Shown in pieces: positions 1 to 9,679 of a stretch of 64,000 nucleotides of DNA. The stretch is from NCBI GenBank assembly GCA_963708025.1, contig CAVPSB010000013.1:160001-224000 (forward strand), written 5' to 3'. Origin of the DNA: an uncultured Candidatus Rokubacteria bacterium (lineage in GTDB: Bacteria > Methylomirabilota > Methylomirabilia > Rokubacteriales > DASRDR01). Position 1 is the first letter of the stretch. Every line of letters starts with the position of its first letter. The notes below the pieces were generated by a model. It was not told where the DNA came from. It searched no databases and was given only the letters and a program-made list of their open reading frames with translations. A program made the translations under genes and the position numbers.

Positions 1-1198
1 CGGCGTAGACCAACGTGCCGAGCGGCACCGGCGGGGCACCGAGGGTCGGCGTCAGCCACACGTCATGGTCGGCGAAGAACCGCGCCACGTCTCGACTGGC
101 ACGGTGCATGTCCTGTTGCGCCAGCAAGTACGCGGCCGAGCTGAACTCGCGCCCGCGGGCCGCGAAGGCCCAGACGAACGGCTCGAAAAGCTCCTCGGCC
201 ACCACGCGACCCGTGCGGCGGCTCCAGTCGTCGATCGCCCAGGTGAACCCGGCGGCAATGACGCTGGTGAACGCGCGCCAGAACGGCTCGCCGTCAACCG
301 CGGGGGCGGCCTCGACCACATGGTGCCCGAGCGTCTCACACAGCCGGGCGGCGTTGTGGACAGCGACGACGCAGTCGGGGTGCACGGTCAACCCCAGAAG
401 CGTGCGAGTCGAGAAGGCAATGCGGAGCCGGCCCGGCGGCGCTCCGACTTCGGTGCGGAACGGGCGAGTCGCCGGGGGCGCCCAGTAGGGATCGCCGAGA
501 TCGGGGCCGGCGGCGACGTCGAGCAGGGCCGCGCTGTCCCGGACCGAGCGCGTCAGCGCGTGCTCGACCGCGAGGCCACCCAGGAGCTCGCCGTAGTGGG
601 GACCGGTGGGGACCCGGGCGCGCGTGGGCTTGAGGCCGAACACGCCGCAGCAGGAGGCGGGAGTCCGAATGGAGCCGCCGGCGTCGTTGCCGTGGGCGGC
701 TGGCACCATCCGGCAGGCGACGGCCGCGGCCGAGCCCCCGCTGGAGCCACCGGTGGTCCGTGTCGGATCCCAGGGGTTCCGGGCGGGCCCGTACAGCCGG
801 GGCTCGGTGGTGGGCCCCAGGCCCAGCTCCGGCGTGTTGGTCCGGCCGAGGATGATCAGCCCCGCCCGCTTGAGTCGCCGCACCAGCTCGCTGTCGACCG
901 CCGGGACGTAGTCCGACAGGAAGGCGCTGGCCTCGTGCAAAGGAACCCCGGCCTCCTCGACCACGAGGTCCTTGAGCAGGTAGGGCACCCCGGCCAGGAG
1001 CCCGTCGCCCGGTGCTCCGGCCGCGGCCTGACGCGCCCGCTCGTACGAGCGGAGCACGACCGCGTTGATCCAGGGGTTCAGTCGCTCGATCCGGTCGATG
1101 GCGGCTTCGACCAGCTCGCTCGCCGTCACCTCCTTCCGGCGGACCAGCTCGGCCTGGGCGGTCGCGTCGAGTTCCATCAGCTCGTCGAGATTGGCCAC
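1..1198 (-). CDS. Amidase (amidase signature family), 3' end outside window
   Basis: Manual translation: GTG at 1198 with GGAGG RBS; N-terminus ANLDELMELDATAQAELVRRKEVTASELVEAAIDRIERLNP; signature motifs GGSSGGS and GNDAGGSIR. Confidence 0.9.
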   Translation of the reverse strand, partial: MANLDELMELDATAQAELVRRKEVTASELVEAAIDRIERLNPWINAVVLRSYERARQAAAGAPGDGLLAGVPYLLKDLVVEEAGVPLHEASAFLSDYVPAVDSELVRRLKRAGLIILGRTNTPELGLGPTTEPRLYGPARNPWDPTRTTGGSSGGSAAAVACRMVPAAHGNDAGGSIRTPASCCGVFGLKPTRARVPTGPHYGELLGGLAVEHALTRSVRDSAALLDVAAGPDLGDPYWAPPATRPFRTEVGAPPGRLRIAFSTRTLLGLTVHPDCVVAVHNAARLCETLGHHVVEAAPAVDGEPFWRAFTSVIAAGFTWAIDDWSRRTGRVVAEELFEPFVWAFAARGREFSSAAYLLAQQDMHRASRDVARFFADHDVWLTPTLGAPPVPLGTLVYA

Positions 1199-1221
1199 AG
1201 CTCCTCCTGGGTGAGAGGCGC

Positions 1222-1610
1222 GCCTGGATCGCGTTGAAGGTTCCCTTGAGGTTGACCGCGAGCACGCGGTCCCAGTCGGCCTCGGCCAGGTCGACCACGC
1301 GCGCGCTGTGCGAGATGCCGGCGCTGGTCACCACGATGTCGAGGCGGCCGTAGGCGTCGACGAGCCGGGCGACCGCCTCGCGCACCGCGCGCCCGTCGGT
1401 CACGTCGGCGGGAAGCACGAGCGCGCCCACCCCGCCGCGCTCGGCCTCATCGACGACGGCGCGCGCGAGCGTCTCCTGGGTGGCATCGGGCAGGCAGTTC
1501 ACCCCGACCCGAGCCCCTTCGCGGGCGAGCGTCAGCGCGATCTCCCGGCCGATGCCGCGGCTCGCGCCCGTCACCAGCGCGACCTTGCCATGCAACGCCT
1601 TGTCGGCCAT
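1222..1610 (-). pseudogene. Truncated SDR family oxidoreductase (N-terminal ~130 aa only)
   Basis: TGASRGIG, DIVVTSAG and VNLKGTF motifs present. Homology stops at ~1222, just before the amidase RBS; no YxxxK. Confidence 0.75.
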
Positions 1611-1747
1611 GCGCCGATTATACCGCGGCGGCGGTGGTGGTCCGGGAAGGCGACCGTGACCAGAGACCCGGTCGGCCTCGTCTGCGTGAGCGTCACGCTG
1701 GCGAGATGCCTTCGCTGCGCTGCCTGGTCACCCCAGGTCGTCGCCGG

Positions 1748-3316
1748 TCACGCCTCCATGCGCAGCTCTTCGAGATCGAGCTCGCGCTCGATGCTGCGGA
1801 GCACGTCATCATCGATGATGCCCCGGTCGCGCATCACGAGTACCGCTTCGCGCTGCGCGTCGATCACGGAGCGCCGGATCTGCCGGTGCTCGACGAGCTC
1901 CTGCTCGGCCTCGTTTCCCGGCGCTTGATCGAGCTGGTCGATGTGCTCCGCCCGGTGGCGGTACGCCGCCCGCAGCTGGTCGAGCAGGGGTCGGTGCCCC
2001 GGCCACTGCTCGTACAGCGCGTCGATCCGTCGCAGCGCCTGGTCTACCAGCTCTCGGCGCGCCTGCTGTTCCTCGACGTGCGCGTCCCCGTCCCCGCCCA
2101 GGTGGACCGCCCTGATGACGAGGGGAAGGCTCATGCCCTGGCCGACCAGGGTCACGAGAATGACCGTGAACGTGATCACGATCACCGCCTCTCGCGCGGG
2201 CAGCGGGGACCCCCCCGGCAGCGTGAGCGGCATCGCGAGCGCGGCCGCCAGCGAGACGACGCCGCGCATGCCCGACCACGACAGCACCACGATCTCGGCA
2301 ACGCGGAGCGCCGGCCCCTTCCGCGAGACGAACCGCTGCCAGGCGGCGATGCCCACGATCCAGAGGCCGCGCACCGCGATCAGCGCAACGCTGACGGCGA
2401 GCCCCGCCCCGACGAGCGCTATCAGTGTCGACCTGTCCATCTCGCGTCCCAGCGCAGCGATCTGAAAGCCGATGAGGACGAACACGATCCCGTTCAACAG
2501 GAAGATGAGCATCTCCCACACGGCGCGGCCGGCGAGCCGGACGTCGGAGCCCATGATGCGCGAGGCCCGCCGCCCGAGGTACAGGCCGGCCGTGGCCGCC
2601 GCGAGAACCCCGGAGGCGCCGAGCAGCTCCGCTGGCAGATAGGCGGCGTATGGGGTCAGGAGCGACACCGTGATCTCGACCGGCAGGTCGGAGAGCCGCG
2701 ATCGCACCTGCGCGACGAGCCATCCGATCGCCAGACCGATCGCGACCCCGCCGGCGGCGACGGCGACGAATCTCGCGATCGGCGCGAACGTCAGGACAGG
2801 GATCGCCGCGACTGCCAGACCCAGCGCGACACGATAAACCGTCAGCGCAGTGGCGTCGTTGAGAAGGCTTTCACCCTGAAGGAGCGCGACCACGCGTCGC
2901 GGCACGGCCAGGCGTTCCATGACGGCCGTCGCGGCGACCGCGTCCGGGGGCGACACGATGGCCCCCAGTGCGATCGCGATCGGCACCGTCATGCCCGGCA
3001 CCAGGACAAGGGCGACGCCCGCGGCGGCGGCGGTGCTCGCGAGCACCAGCCCGATCGCCAGCGACACGATGTTCCCGAGATCCGCACGGAAGCTGCGGAT
3101 CGGCGTGAAGAACGCGGCGAAGTAAATGATCGGCGGCAACACGAGCAGGAGGACGGCGTCGGGCGCGAGCTCGAGGCGCGGGACACCGGGAACGGCACCC
3201 AGCGCGAGCCCCCCGATCAGGAGGAGCGCGGGGTACGGAGTGCGCAGACGCCGCGCGAGCGTAACGAGTGCCGCGACGACGATGAGGAGGAGGAGAAGGA
3301 GTTCGGCCGTGTGCAA
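1748..3316 (-). CDS. Na+/H+ antiporter, CPA1 (NhaP/YjcE) family
   Basis: 522 aa, multi-TM; SPPDAVA, GESLLNDATAL, WSGMRGVVSLAAAL, C-terminal IERELDLEE. Confidence 0.92.
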   Translation of the reverse strand: MHTAELLLLLLIVVAALVTLARRLRTPYPALLLIGGLALGAVPGVPRLELAPDAVLLLVLPPIIYFAAFFTPIRSFRADLGNIVSLAIGLVLASTAAAAGVALVLVPGMTVPIAIALGAIVSPPDAVAATAVMERLAVPRRVVALLQGESLLNDATALTVYRVALGLAVAAIPVLTFAPIARFVAVAAGGVAIGLAIGWLVAQVRSRLSDLPVEITVSLLTPYAAYLPAELLGASGVLAAATAGLYLGRRASRIMGSDVRLAGRAVWEMLIFLLNGIVFVLIGFQIAALGREMDRSTLIALVGAGLAVSVALIAVRGLWIVGIAAWQRFVSRKGPALRVAEIVVLSWSGMRGVVSLAAALAMPLTLPGGSPLPAREAVIVITFTVILVTLVGQGMSLPLVIRAVHLGGDGDAHVEEQQARRELVDQALRRIDALYEQWPGHRPLLDQLRAAYRHRAEHIDQLDQAPGNEAEQELVEHRQIRRSVIDAQREAVLVMRDRGIIDDDVLRSIERELDLEELRMEA

Positions 3317-3435
3317 CGGGAGTCCCTAGGAGCGCGTCACTTCTGCGCGCGTGTCACGACCAGCGCACCCCTCTCACCCGGCGAGGCCAGAGGACAGATG
3401 GAACAGGACCCGATTCGCGTTGCCTCGGCTCGAGG

Positions 3436-3750
3436 CTAACGCTCCACCCCCCAGACAGGGCGGCGCGGAACAGTACCATCCGCCACACGTCCCCCTCTCG
3501 CGGGCCAAAGCCCGCGCTGAAGGGCGATCACCATGGCCGCCCCCACGATCGTCACGGCCGCCACGGCGACCGGCCCTCGAGAGACCCCGAGGGCCCAGCA
3601 CAGCCCCCCGGCCCCGAGACTCCCGACCAGACCGAGGAGGACGTCGCCCCTCCGCCCATGGCCTCCCCGATTCGTGACGAAGCCGGCCAGCAGGCCCGCC
3701 AGCAACCCCATCAGCACCCAGATCGCGAACACCATTGTACTCATGACCAT
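3436..3750 (-). CDS. GlsB/YeaQ/YmgE family stress-response membrane protein
   Basis: WVLMGLLAGLLAGFV..GGHG..GDVLLGLVGS pattern; GGAGG RBS. Confidence 0.75.
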   Translation of the reverse strand: MVMSTMVFAIWVLMGLLAGLLAGFVTNRGGHGRRGDVLLGLVGSLGAGGLCWALGVSRGPVAVAAVTIVGAAMVIALQRGLWPARGGRVADGTVPRRPVWGVER

Positions 3751-3908
3751 GCCTCCTGCAGGGTTTGGCGGCTCACTCCCATCACCTTCTCCTTCACCGT
3801 CCCCGACGTGGCGGCGTCCACCGAGCCGACCATCCCATCGGTCAGCTCGTTCAACCCTCCAGGGTCCTCTTGAACGAGGCCGAGGCGTGGCCTCGAGCCT
3901 TGCGCATG

Positions 3909-4020
3909 CTACTTCGTCGGCAACATCAAGTGTTCATAGGGCGTGCCAGGATACATGACGTACGGCTGACCGGGATCAGCGACATCCAGGTTTCTTGGAT
4001 AGCCCGGGCGACGGTGCTCG
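3909..4020 (-). pseudogene. C-terminal relic of a conserved hypothetical protein (..PYVMYPGTPYEHLMLPTK)
   Basis: Protein-like, lower-GC tail with no plausible start; recalled similarity to a PYVM-x-PGTPYEHLM C-terminal motif. Confidence 0.35.
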
Positions 4021-4287
4021 GATTGGAATCCCGGAGGGCCCGTCGGCCGACTCGCCCGGCTTCCCATCGCGCTGTGGTGTCCAGGTTCCAGCCCCATATT
4101 CGCGCAGGCCTTGCAGGAGCACCCAGCGGAGCGAGGTCCCATCGCGCACGGCGCGCCGACGAGCCGCCCGCTGAACCTCGCGCGGGACGCCGCGCACCAG
4201 GTAGATCCCCGTCGTCGCCAGACGAGCCAGCACGCGAGTCGGCATCAAGCGAGCTCCCCCGTCGTGATCGTCCATGGGGCGCATCAT
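3976..4287 (-). CDS. Small ribbon-helix-helix (Arc/FitA-like) DNA-binding protein
   Basis: IYLVRGVPREVQRAARRRAVRDGTSLRWVLLQGLREY fits the RHH strand-helix-helix pattern; GGAGG RBS. Confidence 0.6.
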   Translation of the reverse strand: MMRPMDDHDGGARLMPTRVLARLATTGIYLVRGVPREVQRAARRRAVRDGTSLRWVLLQGLREYGAGTWTPQRDGKPGESADGPSGIPIRAPSPGLSKKPGCR

Positions 4288-4301
4288 AGCGGCTGCCTCC
4301 T

Positions 4302-4865
4302 TTACTGGCCGCCAATGGAGACGATGAACTTGACCGTCTCCTCGTGGTACGGCGACGGGATGTACGCGAGCTCGAGGCGGATCTCCTTCAACCTTTGTGC
4401 TTTCAGCGCCTCGGCGGGAAAGTCCACGTCCAACGACTGGGTCAACTCCTGCCCGGGGTCGAGCCGGTCATTGCCGTACGTCTGGAACTTGAGCGTCGGC
4501 TCGCTCCGGGCCTCCTCGAGCTTGATCGGCTGCCCCTGACCATCGACGTACTGGATCTTGCCTGCGACGAGGCGGACCGTCTGATCCGCTGAGCTGTTCT
4601 TCAGCACGACCTTCGCCGTGAGCTTCGCCGGGGAGACGACCCGGCCGGAGCCCTTCTCGACTCGCTCCGTGACCTTCATCTCCGTTACGTCGCCAGTGAC
4701 GATCCCGGCCTTCACCTTCATCGCAGCCGGCACCACCGTGTAAGTCTTGTCCTCGACGACGGCCGCCGTCGCTGTCGGCTGCTCCGAGCGGCTCAAAACC
4801 ATCCACAGCACCACCGCCACGAGCGCTCCGCCGATCCACCATCTCCACTTCCACATGCTCGCCAT
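4302..4865 (-). CDS. Membrane-anchored/exported hypothetical protein (beta-rich)
   Basis: 187 aa, N-terminal TM, GGAGG RBS, coding-like composition. Confidence 0.8.
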   Translation of the reverse strand: MASMWKWRWWIGGALVAVVLWMVLSRSEQPTATAAVVEDKTYTVVPAAMKVKAGIVTGDVTEMKVTERVEKGSGRVVSPAKLTAKVVLKNSSADQTVRLVAGKIQYVDGQGQPIKLEEARSEPTLKFQTYGNDRLDPGQELTQSLDVDFPAEALKAQRLKEIRLELAYIPSPYHEETVKFIVSIGGQ

Positions 4866-5015
4866 GACCGCCTCCTCCTAGCACGTCCCGACCATCACCC
4901 GCTGTCGTACCTTCCCTTCACCTCGACACGCGCCGCGTCGCCTCGTCGAAGGCATCCGCCCTCTGTGGCTCCCTTCCAGGCCCTGGTCTTCTGGGATCAG
5001 GCTCGCCCGTGACAC

Positions 5016-5276
5016 CTAGGCGCTCGTGCGCCACATCGTGCGTTGAACGACGAGCACACCGGCCGCACCGATGAACGCGACGACGACCATCGCGAAGAGC
5101 CCCGCTTCCGGTGACACCTCCAGGGCCCGGAGGACCAAGCTCGCGACGAGACTTCCGCCGAGACCGAGGCCGACGTCCGTGATCAACCCGTAGCCTCCGC
5201 GCTTGAGCACACACCCGGCCAATCCACTGGCAAGCAATCCTCCGAGCACCCAGATCAGCGACACGTGGAACGTCAT
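5016..5276 (-). CDS. GlsB/YeaQ/YmgE family membrane protein (second copy)
   Basis: WVLGGLLASGLAGCVLKRGGYGLITDVGLGLGGS; ATGA overlap with the GntR stop. Confidence 0.8.
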   Translation of the reverse strand: MTFHVSLIWVLGGLLASGLAGCVLKRGGYGLITDVGLGLGGSLVASLVLRALEVSPEAGLFAMVVVAFIGAAGVLVVQRTMWRTSA

Positions 5277-6352
5277 GACCCGTTCTCCTTCGTCCGTTTC
5301 ACCGTCTGACGTCCATGCGGGAGCTGGAGCCCGTGAACCCGGGGGCGCGGGCGCCGCTCAACCGGACGCCGACGGCGGGGCGTCCCTTCCCCGTTCTGTC
5401 GCACCAGGAGGGTCGCCAGCATTTCGATCGCGCGCTTGTCGAGCGCCCGGTCGTCGACGATGACCTCCGCACTGGAGCCGACGAGCAGCCGCACCCGCTC
5501 GGCCGCCGGAGTCGAGCAGACGATGACGTCGACCCGCCGCACGAGACGACCCAGCGCCGCTCCCTCTACCGGGCACGATCCCACGAACACGATATTCGGC
5601 AGCCCAGCATTGGCGATCGAGTGTTCCACGTTGTGGGCAGTCTCGGGCTCGGCCGAGGCCACCCCCACCCGCGTCCCCGGCGGCAGCTGGGCCAAGCGGT
5701 GGAGGGTCTCGAGATGCACCTCGGCCAGGAGCGCGATCACCGGGACGCCCAGGCCTCCCAGGCGTCGCTCGACGTCCGGGAGATGCACGAAGCTCGTCAC
5801 CGCAGCCGCCCAGCGCCCCGGCTGCTTCTTGCGCCGCGCGCTCACCGCCAGATCGACGAGCCGCACCTTCTCCACCCGAACCGGAAGCTGGGCCTCCAGC
5901 TCTCGGGCAAAGAAGTCGAGCTCGGACGGATTGCATTCCACCAACAGGATCTCGAGATCACCGCGCACGGCCGCCGGCCGGTCCTCGGTCAAGCTCAAGA
6001 CGCTGACTGCCAGCTGGTCGGCGGTCATCCCCAGGGCTGCGGCCCGGATCACCATGTCCTTCAGGAAGGCCGCTCGGAGGTGGGGAGCCGGGCGGGCCGG
6101 GAGATCCGCGGCCACGAACACGCCCGTTCCTCGTCGCGCCTCCACATAGCCGCTCTGTTTCAGATCTTCGATGACGCGCGCCACGGTATTGGGATTGACG
6201 CCCAGAAAGCCGGCCAGCTCCCGGATGCTCGGCAGGGGTCGATCCGGCGGGACGCCGCCGGCCTCGATGACATGCTTCAGCTGTTCCGTCAGCTGCCGGC
6301 GGATCGGGATCGGGCTGTGCGCGTCCACGTGGAGAGGCATCTGATTAATCAT
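5273..6352 (-). CDS. GntR family regulator (YtrA-type HTH + PlmA-like C-terminal domain), copy 1
   Basis: IPIRRQLTEQLKHVI..LPSIRELAGFLGVNPNTVARVIEDL..GYVEARRGTGVFV; long alpha/beta C-terminus. Confidence 0.9.
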   Translation of the reverse strand: MINQMPLHVDAHSPIPIRRQLTEQLKHVIEAGGVPPDRPLPSIRELAGFLGVNPNTVARVIEDLKQSGYVEARRGTGVFVAADLPARPAPHLRAAFLKDMVIRAAALGMTADQLAVSVLSLTEDRPAAVRGDLEILLVECNPSELDFFARELEAQLPVRVEKVRLVDLAVSARRKKQPGRWAAAVTSFVHLPDVERRLGGLGVPVIALLAEVHLETLHRLAQLPPGTRVGVASAEPETAHNVEHSIANAGLPNIVFVGSCPVEGAALGRLVRRVDVIVCSTPAAERVRLLVGSSAEVIVDDRALDKRAIEMLATLLVRQNGEGTPRRRRPVERRPRPRVHGLQLPHGRQTVKRTKENGS

Positions 6353-6354
6353 AC

Positions 6355-6374
6355 TGTAATACTACACTAGTACA
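6355..6374. promoter_or_regulatory. Operator 1 TGTAATAC-TACA-CTAGTACA overlapping the minus-strand promoter TTGACA-N17-TAGTGT of GntR copy 1
   Basis: Imperfect 20-bp inverted repeat ending 2 nt before the ATG at 6352. Confidence 0.8.
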
Positions 6375-6584
6375 GACAGCTCTCGCTGTCAATGCTCCCC
6401 GGGCGGGTGCCAGGAGCAGTCGCCCGTTGACGTCGGGAGTGCCAGGCTTGATCCCCTCGTGCTCCTCGAAGAGTCGCGCCAGCATCTCGACCACCTCATC
6501 CGCGGAATCGAAGATCGCTACGAGCGGCCGGGCTGAAGGGGAATGTGGCACGCTTCACTATTCCTCTCCGGCGAGTGCGCATCT

Positions 6585-6604
6585 CGTATTACATTGGTGG
6601 TACA
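6585..6604. promoter_or_regulatory. Operator 2 CGTATTAC-ATTG-GTGGTACA
   Basis: Same YGTA-N12-TACA geometry in an AT-rich intergenic patch. Confidence 0.65.
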
Positions 6605-6784
6605 GTGAGCCGGGGCAAAGCCAATCACGATGAGGAGTTCGGCCACGCCCTGGTACGAAGCAAAGCTGCGCGAGACGTGCAAGGGCTCGGAGTCTCCTCT
6701 GCGCGTGTCCGTCCGTCCACCTCGCTCACCGGTTCGAGAAAGAGCTCGCGCGGTTCGCCCCTCATTGTGCTCGTCGTCCGGCGA

Positions 6785-7045
6785 ATGGCCGGCAGGCTGG
6801 CGAAGGGAGAGCAGAGCTTGAGACCGAAGCGCACAAAGGCCGTACTTCCTGCAACTCCGCATCCGGTTGAATGCTCGACGAGTGATCGGGCTGTCCTGAT
6901 CGATGCCTACAAGGCCGGCCTGATCGTGGCATGGAAGCGCGATGCCGAGCGTGGATACCGCTTGACATTTGCCGATCGACCGGATGAGTACGTGGAGGTC
7001 ACGAAGCTCACTCGGTATCTCGAGAGGCTCAACGGCGCCTCCTGA
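6785..7045 (+). CDS. Small hypothetical protein (start uncertain)
   Basis: C-terminal part DRAVLIDAYKAGLIVAWKRDAERGYRLTF..EYVEV looks protein-like. Confidence 0.5.
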   Translation: MAGRLAKGEQSLRPKRTKAVLPATPHPVECSTSDRAVLIDAYKAGLIVAWKRDAERGYRLTFADRPDEYVEVTKLTRYLERLNGAS

Positions 7046-7162
7046 CCGCTGAGAGCGAACAGCGGGGCCATGCCGCAGATGGTCGGCCGACCTTCGACGA
7101 TGGAAAGCCGCCGCCCTTCGGCGCCGGTAGCCCGTTCGTCTCCTCGTCCTTGCCCGGGGATC

Positions 7163-7357
7163 CTAGGGCCGCATCCTAGGCGGATACCGGGGCTGCTCTT
7201 CGACGGTCGCCGTTCGCGTGTCGGAAACCGGCCGCCACTCCTTCTCGTCTGGGGTCAGCCACCACACGCGCCCGGTGTCGTCCAAGGCGTAGAGGACCGG
7301 ACTGCCGTCCGCTTTCTGGGTTGCAGCGATCTGAATGAATTTCGAGACCTGCTCCAT
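7163..7357 (-). CDS. Small hypothetical protein (64 aa)
   Basis: GGGAG RBS; FIQIAA..VLYALDDTGRVWW. Confidence 0.6.
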   Translation of the reverse strand: MEQVSKFIQIAATQKADGSPVLYALDDTGRVWWLTPDEKEWRPVSDTRTATVEEQPRYPPRMRP

Positions 7358-7625
7358 TCGGTCTCCCTTCCTGGGTCCAGGTAACTTTCAGCCGTCGCCG
7401 CTCAACCCGCCACGGTCAACGACAGACTCAGCGTCGCCCCCTTTGCGGCTCACTCCAGAGCTCAGTGTCGCGCTAGGTCGTACCCACGTGGCCTTCGAAA
7501 CCGAGATGAAGACAGGATCAGCGGCCAGGGCGGGTGATCGGCGTCGAGCATCGTCTGGTCCCTGATTGCCATCGTGAGCCGGCACACATCAGGCGCCCGC
7601 ACTCATCCGGTTTCCCGTATCGTCT

Positions 7626-8081
7626 TCACCACTGATCTCTGTATGCACGCCCCTGCGCCGGGGAGGCCGGTTGCTCTTGTCTGCGCCTCCACCCATTCGG
7701 CTCTGCGCCCACGGAGCCGACCGGGGGGCCCTCCCGCCTCGAATGAGCGAAAGGCGTCCACCAGTTGCCGAACGAGACGAGCGACAGCGCGAGCATGTTG
7801 AGCGCGATGGGCAAGACTTTGGGGGTGATCGGTTCGTCCGAGAACCAGTACGCGAGCGTGCCACTCGACAGCACGAGGACGAGCACGGCGGTTTTCGGCG
7901 GCCATGCGCGCCGCCACACGCGACCGAGAGCTTCACCTAGGTCGCCCTCGAGCCGTCTGTGGAGAATCACCCATGACACGAATCCGGCCACAAGGAGTGC
8001 CGGAATCCATCGATGCCACCACAGAACCGCGGCGACAATCAGCAGCACTGCGGCACGCTGCCTGCGTTCTGCGCCGCTCAC
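7626..8081 (-). CDS. Hypothetical membrane protein
   Basis: GTGA overlap with the upstream stop at 8078-8081; several hydrophobic helices. Confidence 0.6.
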   Translation of the reverse strand: MSGAERRQRAAVLLIVAAVLWWHRWIPALLVAGFVSWVILHRRLEGDLGEALGRVWRRAWPPKTAVLVLVLSSGTLAYWFSDEPITPKVLPIALNMLALSLVSFGNWWTPFAHSRREGPPVGSVGAEPNGWRRRQEQPASPAQGRAYRDQW

Positions 8082-8290
8082 CGGGCCCCGCCGTCTGTGA
8101 GGGCCGTGACCGGGGCGCCGACGATCAGGACCAGCTTGATCGCGGCGAGCACACGGATCGTCAGCCGCGATGGGTCCAACTCGAACTGTCGGACCCGGTA
8201 GATCCAGCTGGCGATACCGCCAGCTCGAGTCAGCGCTGGGCCGACCATCGCGACGATCCAGACCGGAGTCCACACGGCTCGCCCCTCCAT
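8078..8290 (-). pseudogene. Internally deleted fatty-acid desaturase paralog (70 aa)
   Basis: N-part ALTRAGGIASWIY aligns with VLTQVAVIATSIY, and C-part FELDPSRLTIRVLAAIKLVLIVG with LEFDPSWLVIRALVSARLIVVVG, of the neighbouring desaturase; no His boxes. Confidence 0.65.
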
Positions 8291-8294
8291 GACG

Positions 8295-8648
8295 TCAGCC
8301 TTCCCCACCCTCGTCCCGGTAGGGATCATGCTCCGGTGTGGGGAAGCGATGGTGACCGAGAGACTCCCCATCGATGTCGATGAACACGAGGGCTTGCTGC
8401 CATCCCGGCCTATTCACCCAGATCGCCGATGCCACGGTTCCCGTGCGCATATTGACTCCCTGCCACACGCCGCCCGCAGGCTGGCCATCACGCCGGCTCG
8501 TCGTCAGCTCACGCTTGCAGGCTTCAAAACCGTCGCTCACGAGTGCATTCAGGATCTCGATCGGCGCCGCAACCCATCCCCGCTCCCGCTCGCTCCACGT
8601 CATCTTCCCCTGCTCGCGCAACTCATTGAGGCTGTTAACCGTCTGCAT
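8295..8648 (-). CDS. Hypothetical protein (117 aa)
   Basis: GGGAG RBS; globular composition (GGVWQGVN..VASAIWV..VFIDIDGE). Confidence 0.7.
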   Translation of the reverse strand: MQTVNSLNELREQGKMTWSERERGWVAAPIEILNALVSDGFEACKRELTTSRRDGQPAGGVWQGVNMRTGTVASAIWVNRPGWQQALVFIDIDGESLGHHRFPTPEHDPYRDEGGEG

Positions 8649-8856
8649 AGGTTCTCCCGGTCGCGGTCAGAAACCCGACACGATGCCGCGCCGGCCCATC
8701 CTGACGTCCCATCGGCCCGCTCAGCCGCGGGCCCGGACGGCCCCCGCGCTGCCTCCCCACCTCTACCCTCGAGGCCAATAGGCGCCCGGGCCGGGACGGC
8801 GCCTTTCGGCGAGAACGAATCGACCGCCGGGCGAATCGCTTCGACCGGATCAGCAA
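8635..8856 (-). CDS. Possible small basic protein (73 aa)
   Basis: Fills the gap between operon genes with overlaps at both ends; Arg-rich, could be spurious. Confidence 0.3.
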   Translation of the reverse strand: MLIRSKRFARRSIRSRRKAPSRPGRLLASRVEVGRQRGGRPGPRLSGPMGRQDGPARHRVGFLTATGRTYADG

Positions 8857-9611
8857 GCTGGCGTCGCGACCTCCGACCCGCGAGGGAGCCCGATCGACGG
8901 GCCAACGACGACAATGAGCCGCGCGCTCACGAGGGCGCGAATCACGAGCCAGGACGGATCAAACTCGAGCCACTGCATACTGAATTTCGGGGCCCGCGGG
9001 TGAGCGTGATGATTGTTGTGCAGGGCCTCCCCTCCCGTCACCCACGCCAGAAGCCGCCAGTTGTACGCGCTGTTGGCGAACGTCTGCCCGCCGCGCCAGT
9101 GGCCGAGCCCGTTGATCAGGGGCGCGAACACCAGGACATACAGGATGGCGTGCCCGAGGCCGACGATCAATCCCGGCATCAAACCGAGGATCGAACAGAG
9201 CAGCCCGACACCGATCACCGGGCCCGCCCAGCCCCGAGAGAACAGCGCGCGATCCCACCGATCCGGCGGGAGGTCTGGGGCGAATCTCTGGAGCGTGTCC
9301 GGGTTCCGCGCTTCACGCGCGTAGTAGTATGCGTTCAGGAGCTGGACGCGCCACAAGCCGAGCAGGCGCGGGCTGTGCGGGTCGCCGGGCCGGTCCGTGA
9401 AGGTGTGGTGCTTGCGGTGCACGGCGACCCACTCCTGACGGCACTGGCCCGTGGTCAGCCAGAGCAGGGCCCGGAACAGCACGTCGGCCACCGGGTGCAC
9501 TACGAGCGCCCGATGCGCAAGCCCCCGATGCAGGTAGATCGAGGTGGCGATCACCGCAACCTGAGTGAGGACGATGGTGCCGAATGCAACCGTGAGGGCG
9601 TGAATGAACAC
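8850..9611 (-). CDS. Membrane acyl-CoA/fatty acid desaturase (delta9-like)
   Basis: Three His boxes HRGLAH, HRKHH, HNNHH; GDPHSP; EFDPSW. Confidence 0.93.
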   Translation of the reverse strand: MFIHALTVAFGTIVLTQVAVIATSIYLHRGLAHRALVVHPVADVLFRALLWLTTGQCRQEWVAVHRKHHTFTDRPGDPHSPRLLGLWRVQLLNAYYYAREARNPDTLQRFAPDLPPDRWDRALFSRGWAGPVIGVGLLCSILGLMPGLIVGLGHAILYVLVFAPLINGLGHWRGGQTFANSAYNWRLLAWVTGGEALHNNHHAHPRAPKFSMQWLEFDPSWLVIRALVSARLIVVVGPSIGLPRGSEVATPAC

Positions 9612-9679
9612 GGCGGCTCCTTTTCCGTCTTACGGCGTTACCGAGTATCGGTCCCCCGTCGCTCGCGGGATGGCAGGCC

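Noticed and set aside
6345-6551. Receiver-domain-like start (PLVAIFDSADEVVEMLARLFEEHEG)
   Set aside because: Only ~25 residues resemble a REC N-terminus before running into the GntR promoter; too little to call.
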